From contig JBEKKX010000016.1 of assembly GCA_050010515.1 (NCBI GenBank), positions 1 through 57,105 on the forward strand: 57,105 nt of DNA, written 5' to 3'. Shown here in pieces: positions 50,470-57,105 of this stretch. Both the position numbers and the translations under genes were made by a program. The notes under the pieces are model-generated. The model made no database searches. It was given only the letters and a program-made list of their open reading frames with translations, and was not told where the DNA came from. This DNA comes from Candidatus Bathyarchaeia archaeon (lineage in GTDB: Archaea; Thermoproteota; Bathyarchaeia; Bathyarchaeales; Bathycorpusculaceae). Each line of letters starts with the position of its first letter. Position 1 is the first letter of the stretch.

Positions 50470-51405
50470 GTGATTTCAGGTTTCATGATTGTTAAAGACG
50501 CACTTAAGCAGGGGTATCCGTTTGTAGAAGCAATCGCTTCAGCCTTACCAATATGCGATGAATTTTTAGTTTCAGACGGCTACTCTACAGATGGAACTTA
50601 TGAGGCTCTACAAAAAATCTCAAAGGCAAATCCTAAAGTTAAAATTCATAGATATAAATGGCCAGACAAAATGGGCCTCACTATGATAGCTGATATTACA
50701 AATGAAGTGCGGAGCAAGTGCAGATTTCAATATATTTTTTCAGTTCAAGCAGGCGAAATTATCCATGAACAAAGTGCACCATATATAAAAGCTCTGCCAA
50801 CTATGTTTCCAACTATTGAAACCTTCAGTTTCCCATACATATCACTGTTGAACAAATACCGGTATGCTGAGGGGTTTAGACTACGCTTTTCTAAGAACTT
50901 GCCTCAAATTATGGCTGTAGATGATGCTTGGACACTTGGTATAAGTGAAGCCTTCATCAGAACCAAAACGTTACGTTCTCTCGCTAACCCACAAAGGTTG
51001 TTCAATCGTGTTACTAACGGCATACAGTACGTTTATGCAAACACATGTTTTGGCGAATATTCAAGAGCAATTTATCTACCAAACCCCATTTTCAGGTATT
51101 GGTCTCTTTTCCCCAAAAACTTCCTTGAAAAAAATGAAGGGCATAGAAAACTATTGCATATACCCTTCTCAGCTAAAACATCTGATATACTACAAGCGCA
51201 TATTAATGAGCCTGAACTTTTCTGGAAACTCGGCATTAAAGCACTATTTCAGGCAAGACATAAAAGCGTCATTTCATATCCTGAAGGATACGGCTTAATA
51301 AACAGGCAAGACCATCCATCCATCATTCAGGAGTTCATTTCCAACCCAAAAATTGACCACTACTATATCAGAGAAGAATTGTTTGAACTAATAGGAAAAC
51401 TGTAA
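50470..51405 (+). CDS. Glycosyltransferase family 2-like protein
   Basis: ISGFMIVKD..YPFVEAIASALPICDEFLVSDGYSTDGT. Confidence 0.85.
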   Translation: MISGFMIVKDALKQGYPFVEAIASALPICDEFLVSDGYSTDGTYEALQKISKANPKVKIHRYKWPDKMGLTMIADITNEVRSKCRFQYIFSVQAGEIIHEQSAPYIKALPTMFPTIETFSFPYISLLNKYRYAEGFRLRFSKNLPQIMAVDDAWTLGISEAFIRTKTLRSLANPQRLFNRVTNGIQYVYANTCFGEYSRAIYLPNPIFRYWSLFPKNFLEKNEGHRKLLHIPFSAKTSDILQAHINEPELFWKLGIKALFQARHKSVISYPEGYGLINRQDHPSIIQEFISNPKIDHYYIREELFELIGKL

Positions 51406-52003
51406 ATTCATAGGCGCATACCGATTTTTCAGGCATATACAGATTTTTTCGTTATAAGCTTTTTTTTAGTATTCATCTATTGCAACTTTGAAAGTTACAG
51501 GTCTTTTTTTTTCACAAGTCCTGTAGCTTCAACAAACTCAAAAGCGTTCATACGGCAACGGCTGAAGTTTTGGGTACATCTGACAGAAAGCGTTTTTAGC
51601 GCCTTGATCTAAGCTAAAGCTTAAGCAGGCTTCATCCACTTTGCCCATAAAGCGTCTTCCATCACGACAAGGCAAATTCTGCTTAATACAAAACACGCGA
51701 GCATAATCTCTCATAACAGCCAAAAATCAACCTATCCTTTTAGGTCGACTTTTGCTTTTCTGCTTACAACTTCCTTTTCACCCAAGACTCGAATTTTGAT
51801 GCGCCCCCAGTGTCCAGCAATTTCTCGTCTTGACTCAAGAAATGCGGTTTAGGAATAGAGTACTGTTAAACCAAGCGGCAAGAACCTTGTCATATTTCTG
51901 ATTTTCCTTTGAACCGAAAAAATAAGAATTAGTGCCTATGATGTTAGAATCAAAAGCGGCGCGACGAGAGTTCCAACAGCATAACCCTCTTTAACCAAGG
52001 TCT

Positions 52004-52828
52004 TCATCCGTATCCATATATATCTCTCCAATTGTATTTAGCGCATGGTTTTAAGTCGGATATGCCATCGTCATTATAGAGTTGTTCAGGCTTCAGCATC
52101 AATTTTGATATGTCTTTTTTCATGTTGTTGTAGTGATAGTTCGCCCCGCCTCTCTGAAGGTTCGCTCTGTCTTTAGTAATGCGCCTGATCATCTGGTCAT
52201 AAGACCTCATTGGGTAATGTTTTAAGTTAAAATTAATAGGATATTTTTCTCCTTTTAACGGATTATGATTAAATTTTCTTATATTAGTCGCTGAGGCTCT
52301 CCATGAACGTATTCTTGGAGCACAATCGGGGAATATCGAATAGTGTCTTATTCTTTGGATAGGCGACGTAATAGTGTTATCGTCTTTTTCAGTGAACCAG
52401 TAGTTGAAATTGTTGAATTGTATGTAATTATATCGAGAATAATATACAACGCAGAGATGTTCATAATAAGTTTTAGTCATATCCGGGCCTTCAAGTATTT
52501 CATCGTCATCTGGCCAAGATATCCAGTCATATTGTCTGATATAGTTACTAATGAGATTCTGCGACATTTTCGGGTACAAATCGTAGAAATCGAAAGACCT
52601 TGGTACATATTTTCTCTCAATAAATTTTGAATCGTATTTATCGAGTACTTGAGGGGTTTCGTCGTCTGATCCATGATCCCAAACGATAATATCATGGTGG
52701 TTTTTTAACATATGAAGAATGACATCTTCAAGGATATCACCATCATTGTAACAAAGTAAAACACATAGACATCTGGGATGCACTTCTGTAGCGATAAAAT
52801 CTGCTTCTTTTGCTCTTTTTTTTAGCAT
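52004..52828 (-). CDS. Glycosyltransferase family 2-like protein
   Basis: CYNDGDIL, DHGSDDET, DDDE, LKHYPMRS. Confidence 0.85.
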   Translation of the reverse strand: MLKKRAKEADFIATEVHPRCLCVLLCYNDGDILEDVILHMLKNHHDIIVWDHGSDDETPQVLDKYDSKFIERKYVPRSFDFYDLYPKMSQNLISNYIRQYDWISWPDDDEILEGPDMTKTYYEHLCVVYYSRYNYIQFNNFNYWFTEKDDNTITSPIQRIRHYSIFPDCAPRIRSWRASATNIRKFNHNPLKGEKYPINFNLKHYPMRSYDQMIRRITKDRANLQRGGANYHYNNMKKDISKLMLKPEQLYNDDGISDLKPCAKYNWRDIYGYG

Positions 52829-52883
52829 TTTGTCTCTTATAATATCGCAGGCTTATGAAAATTTATAGTTTTTGGGTTTGGGA

Positions 52884-53080
52884 CTAAAATTTAATCTAAA
52901 ATTTAATCCAACCCAACCCCCTATACCCCCTATACCCCCATATTACACACCCTCACAACACAACGCAACACGCAACACACCAAAAGGAGGGTTGAATGGG
53001 GATGTGCCCCTTCCATAATAAGAATCATCTCCTTGTCTCAGTCTGTCTCTGTCTCAGTCAGTCAGTCATGCATACACATG
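52884..53080. repeat. Cluster of short simple-sequence repeats
   Basis: CTAAAATTTAAT x2, CCAAC repeats, CCCCCTATA repeats, CAACAC/CAACGC run, GTCT/GTCA run. Confidence 0.7.
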
Positions 53081-53290
53081 TAATATTGTTGACCTTGAAA
53101 TCTCAGTTTTTGTATTTGTGTTAAACATATACATAATATCGTATATTGAGTCATAATATTTAAAAGTGGTAAACGAGTGAAATGTATAGCGTACGCTAAT
53201 TATGGGGTAAGGTGAAAAGAAATCACCTCAATTTCCGCGCGCGCTTAATATGAATAATAATGGAACAATAAGTAAAAAGGTGAATAATTA

Positions 53291-53491
53291 ATGAAACTAA
53301 CAATTAAAAATGGTAAACTATACGATATACACAGTAGACAATTCATTAACTATACTGATAATTGGGAAGGACATTATATGCATGATAAACTACAAGTAAC
53401 TAAGACTACTGCTATACATTATATACCTTACAAGTGTGAATGTGGATTAATACTAATAGATTTACATGAAGGTAATATATTCAGAGACTAG
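53291..53491 (+). CDS. Small AT-rich hypothetical protein, probably foreign
   Basis: GGTGA RBS; markedly low GC; YKCECG motif. Confidence 0.5.
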   Translation: MKLTIKNGKLYDIHSRQFINYTDNWEGHYMHDKLQVTKTTAIHYIPYKCECGLILIDLHEGNIFRD

Positions 53492-53503
53492 GAGGTAGCG
53501 CGC

Positions 53504-54613
53504 CAGTGCGTTGCTAATTTAGCATTTTTGTGTTTAGTTTCTGCTCATCTTGCGAGTAAGGTTATGGACCGTGCTTTTTCTACCCTGTTTAACCAAAATG
53601 CAGCAACTGCGTTGAGTAGCATAGCTATCATGCACATCAATGCATGAACAGTGATCCTTTTTATACTCCTGACCCGATGTTTCTCTAAACATAGCTGTTC
53701 TTTGAGCCTAGAATTAACCCGCTCAACCGAAGACCTCAACCTGTAAAGCCGCTTCTCGTCTGTTGGCCCATGAGTTCTAAAATACCGGTCCACTCTCAAC
53801 AATCCTTTCTGACCTCGACGCTGATTTGCTGGAAAAGGAATCACCACCCTAATTCCCTGAGAGGAAGCCTGCTCTCTTAGGTTTTTGCTAGAATATTGCG
53901 AATCGGCAACAAACAGTCTTACACGACCTTTGGTTGCCTTCAAAGTCTTTTCAAGGAGTGCAGGAGCATGTTTCTTCTCGTTATCATTAGCTGGAGCCGC
54001 AATAACTGCCAAAGGCAATTCAGATTTCGCGTCTACCGCAATGTGCAGCTTGTAGCCCAACTCGTAAGTTTTGCCGTTCCTACCTACTCTGGCTTCAGGA
54101 TCGGCGCCTCCGCGGCTGTTTTCATGAGGATCGCGTTTGCTGTAAGCTTTGATGAAAGTGGCATCCATCACTATGGTCTTGCCAATGATCAATCCGCCCT
54201 TAAGCAGTTCATCGACTAAACTGTTCATTATTCTCTCAAGCCTTTCTACTCCGACGCGATTCCTAAACCTCGTCATCTGTGAAGGATGATACGGCTTCTG
54301 CTCAGCTTCAATATCGCAGACCTCACGCAAATCTTGATCATACCACAACCGCCGATACAATTCCCTGTCGCTTGGAATCTGCTTAACCCTCTTCACTATC
54401 AACGCTTTGAAAATTCCAATAGGTTTTCTCGGAGGTCTCCCTGCACCTTCCTGATGGTAGGCTTCAGACACAACCTCCTCTATGTTATCCAAGTTCAAAC
54501 TACGCAAAACGGAGCAAGAACCCTCATTCTTCTCCATACTATACTGCTTATTCAATCGAACACAAATTGATAAAGCAAGAAAATGTCAATCCAAATAATT
54601 TAGCAACGCACTG
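53504..54613 (-). mobile_element. Intact 1110-bp insertion sequence (IS4/IS5-superfamily DDE)
   Basis: Terminal inverted repeats CAGTGCGTTGCTAA(T/A)TTA (17/18); GCGCGC on both flanks (53498-53503, 54614-54619). Confidence 0.92.
53545..54555 (-). CDS. DDE transposase (DUF772 + DDE_Tnp_1-like)
   Basis: GRPP, MDATFIKAY, GYKLH, ADSQYSS, YRLRSSVERVNSRLK. Confidence 0.92.
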   Translation of the reverse strand: MNKQYSMEKNEGSCSVLRSLNLDNIEEVVSEAYHQEGAGRPPRKPIGIFKALIVKRVKQIPSDRELYRRLWYDQDLREVCDIEAEQKPYHPSQMTRFRNRVGVERLERIMNSLVDELLKGGLIIGKTIVMDATFIKAYSKRDPHENSRGGADPEARVGRNGKTYELGYKLHIAVDAKSELPLAVIAAPANDNEKKHAPALLEKTLKATKGRVRLFVADSQYSSKNLREQASSQGIRVVIPFPANQRRGQKGLLRVDRYFRTHGPTDEKRLYRLRSSVERVNSRLKEQLCLEKHRVRSIKRITVHALMCMIAMLLNAVAAFWLNRVEKARSITLLAR

Positions 54614-54810
54614 GCGCGCGTTTACGAAGAAAGAAAGCGTGGTTTAAAGTCTAAAATATTAAGCAATTCGCTACTTCTTTTCATTTAGTCTAACTTACCG
54701 CGCAATAGGGCTACTTCAGGCTTTTCTAGCAAAGTTTTTTATTGAAACAAACTGAGCGAGTTAGGGCACGTATCAATAGCGTGCTACCGAAGAAACATTA
54801 AGGGATAAAC

Positions 54811-55317
54811 ATGAAAGTCAAAGTTTGGAAGCTTCTAGGTTTAATGCTCATTGCGATTTTTGCTTTGTCAGCAGCCAACGCAAGTGCAACACCTACTATG
54901 TCAAGTATGGCTGGTACATATGTCGAACAAACTTCGAGCGGAACAGGATATACTATAATTCTTTATGAAAATGGCACGGGACTATTTAGTACATATTCTG
55001 GCACATGGCATATAGTCAACTCAACCACTTTCGAAGGCATATATGTAATACTAGGCATAACTCAAAACGATTATTTCACAATCACAAATAACGGTTTCAC
55101 CGCAGTTCAAACAGGAAACGTGTACGTTAAAACTACGTCTGCGTCATCAAGCCCAACTGCATCTGCTTCCGCTAGCCCGACAACTTCTGCAACTTCTACA
55201 CCAAAGGTACCGGAATTCAGCAATGCAGCGCTCGTTTCAGTATTCGCAGCAATACTAGTTGTGACCTTATGTACAGTTGCTATGCGCAGGAAAAATTCGA
55301 AAAAACTTCGAAACTAA
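54811..55317 (+). CDS. Small exported protein with PEF-type C-terminal sorting signal
   Basis: Signal peptide, beta-rich domain, S/T linker, VPEF + TM helix + RRKNSKK. Confidence 0.8.
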   Translation: MKVKVWKLLGLMLIAIFALSAANASATPTMSSMAGTYVEQTSSGTGYTIILYENGTGLFSTYSGTWHIVNSTTFEGIYVILGITQNDYFTITNNGFTAVQTGNVYVKTTSASSSPTASASASPTTSATSTPKVPEFSNAALVSVFAAILVVTLCTVAMRRKNSKKLRN

Positions 55318-55624
55318 CATAGACGAAACTGAGAGAAAAATGGAAATTCTCAGATTTTCCACTCCTTTTTTTGTTTTTTTGAGAATCAGTAACAAAAACT
55401 TTCAAAGCTTCGGCGCCTTATGTTCCAGCAAACTATGCTGCACTACTCACAGACGTTCTAAACGGCTCATTGGTCACTGTTATTTGGGGTCCTCAGGGCA
55501 CGACTACGGGGTCGGGGACTCCAATACAGCCTCAACTTTTTCCTCTCTAAGGTCTTTTCCCTTGAATGCCCTATGTGTGGTGGAAAGCTGGAATAGCAAG
55601 TTGACAAAGCGCAACTCCACATAG

Positions 55625-55889
55625 TTATTGAATCAGCCCGTTCTTTTGAATCTGACCTGCAAAATCCGCTATTAACCTGAGCAAGGCTTGAGTTTGTTCG
55701 TCTGTCGGTTTTTGCTTAATAACGTATTTCACCTCATTGCCCGCTGCTTCGAAAAGTCCTGTTTCTAATAGTCTTTGCTTAAATGATTCAGCGAGTTTCT
55801 CTCCATCCTGAACTTTCTTCACAATCGAAGGAATATAAGTGTAAATCGTTTGACTGAAAACAGATGATAGAGGATAACCCAGCGCGCGC
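55625..55889 (-). pseudogene. 5'-truncated hypothetical gene ending at the solo IS end
   Basis: Frame stays open upstream of the GTG (ALGYPLSSVFSQTIYTYIPSIVKK..) up to GCGCGCGC 55882-55889. Confidence 0.55.
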
Positions 55890-55933
55890 GATGAGCAAAA
55901 TAAACACAGAAAAGCTAAATTAGCAACGCACTG
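55890..55933 (+). mobile_element. Solo downstream end of a related IS copy in the opposite orientation
   Basis: GATGAGCAAAATAAACACAGAAAAGCTAAATTAGCAACGCACTG is a diverged reverse complement of 53504-53549, including the transposase stop; followed by GCGCGC. Confidence 0.88.
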
Positions 55934-56030
55934 GCGCGCTAAACCTCAAGAACTTTATTCACGAAGGATTTAATATTCCCAACTTTTAGTATACGATTAA
56001 TGCTAACAACCAAGAGATCGTCGTGAAAAA

Positions 56031-56942
56031 ATGAAAAACTCGCAAGAGGAAATAAAATGTGGCGGCTCTAAAATGATTTCGGTTGACGGCAAGTACAGGG
56101 TTTGGACCAAAAAAGTCGGCAACAGCGACATAAAAATGCTTACTTTGCACGGAGGACCAGGCTTTACGCACGAGTATTTGGAGTGTTTTGAAGATTTTTT
56201 GCCACAGGCTGGAATTGAATTTTACTATTATGACCAGCTTGGGTCTTTCTATTCTGACCAGCCAAAAGACAAGAGTTTATGGAATGTGGAGCGTTTTCGC
56301 GAGGAAGTAGAGCAAGTGAGAACGGCGCTGGGCTTAGATAATTTTATTTTGTATGGCTCATCGTGGGGAGGAATGTTAGGGATGGAGTACGCCCTGAAAT
56401 ATCAGCAGCACCTTAAAGCGTTAGTCATTTCAAACATGACCGCCAGCGTCAGTTCCTACCTGGAATACCTCAACGAATTACGCGGGAGATTACCGCTGAA
56501 AATGCAAGAAATCCTTAACAAATATGAGAATTTAGGCGAGTACAATGCACCTGAGTATCAAGAAGTCTTGAGCAAGAGGCTTTACATGAAGCATTTCTGT
56601 CGCGTCGACCCTTGGCCGGAACCAGTGGAACGATGCATTAAACACGTTAATAATGACGTGTATAACACAATGCAAGGTGCAAACGAATTTGTGGTCACAG
56701 GCACATTCAAAGACTGGGATAGATGGAACGATATTTGTAGTATCAAAGTTCCTACGCTTCTTTTTGTGGGCCGCTATGATACTATGCGCGTGGAAGACAT
56801 CCAAAAAATGGGTAAGCTAATCCCTAATTCTCGCGTGGTCATCTGCGAAAACGGAAGTCATCTTTCCATGTACGATGACCAGAAAACGTACTTCCGCGCC
56901 CTTATCGGGTTCATCCAAGATGTTGAAGCAAACAGATTCTGA
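56031..56942 (+). CDS. pip: Proline iminopeptidase family (S33, tricorn F1-like)
   Basis: LHGGPG, YDQLG, GSSWGG, GRYD, GSHLSMYD. Confidence 0.88.
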   Translation: MKNSQEEIKCGGSKMISVDGKYRVWTKKVGNSDIKMLTLHGGPGFTHEYLECFEDFLPQAGIEFYYYDQLGSFYSDQPKDKSLWNVERFREEVEQVRTALGLDNFILYGSSWGGMLGMEYALKYQQHLKALVISNMTASVSSYLEYLNELRGRLPLKMQEILNKYENLGEYNAPEYQEVLSKRLYMKHFCRVDPWPEPVERCIKHVNNDVYNTMQGANEFVVTGTFKDWDRWNDICSIKVPTLLFVGRYDTMRVEDIQKMGKLIPNSRVVICENGSHLSMYDDQKTYFRALIGFIQDVEANRF

Positions 56943-57072
56943 GTGAGTACATTAATGTCGCGTCGTCATTCCCTAAGCGCGCGTGCTTTATTAAAACTTG
57001 ACGAGAATACTGCAACCGTTAGGTTGCAGATGAATCGGCAGTAGGTTCTTTTGCTAACTCGCTAAGTGTGTT

Positions 57073-57105
57073 TCCTAGACGGCAGGTTGCGTCTACCGTC
57101 TAGGA
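57073..57105. other. Strong hairpin at the window end
   Basis: TCCTAGACGG-CAGGTTGCGTCTA-CCGTCTAGGA, perfect 10-bp arms. Confidence 0.6.

Noticed and set aside
51538-51960. Fragments (YDKVLAAWFNSTLFL / LESRREIAGHWGRIKI; 61-aa ORF) suggesting a decayed restriction-modification gene
   Set aside because: Too short and broken to assign by eye.
1-57105. tRNA, rRNA, CRISPR array, integrase or provirus
   Set aside because: None recognised by eye; tRNAscan-SE/Infernal would be needed to exclude intron-containing tRNAs or small guide RNAs.

Overview
57 kb archaeal chromosomal segment. Gene content and style (PQQ-like beta-propeller surface protein, GTP-PEPCK, archaeal AsnA, ribK/ribL/DUF357/dph5, wtpABC, Rpo5, '...YFKMRKR'-type anchor tail) point to Bathyarchaeia; this is an inference. 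The left third is mostly housekeeping: geranylgeranyl reductase, Lrp/AsnC with asnA, pck, htpX, flavin genes, dph5, cobD-cbiB. The rest is accessory: a ~1890-aa DUF4011/SF1-helicase/nuclease protein, a putative toxin-antitoxin pair, a tungstate/molybdate uptake island, a GH5 and a beta-helix surface protein, tandem amt genes, two GT2 genes, an intact 1110-bp DDE IS plus a solo end, and many decayed genes. Main candidates for novelty: (1) a stand-alone 184-aa Rpo5 with a eukaryotic-Rpb5-like N-terminal jaw domain; (2) two exported proteins built from Cys-less sulfite-oxidase-like repeats linked to wtpABC and modE; (3) an IS flanked by GCGCGC, a motif that also marks several gene-truncation points in the window. 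No tRNA, rRNA or CRISPR array was seen. All family assignments are by eye, without database searches.
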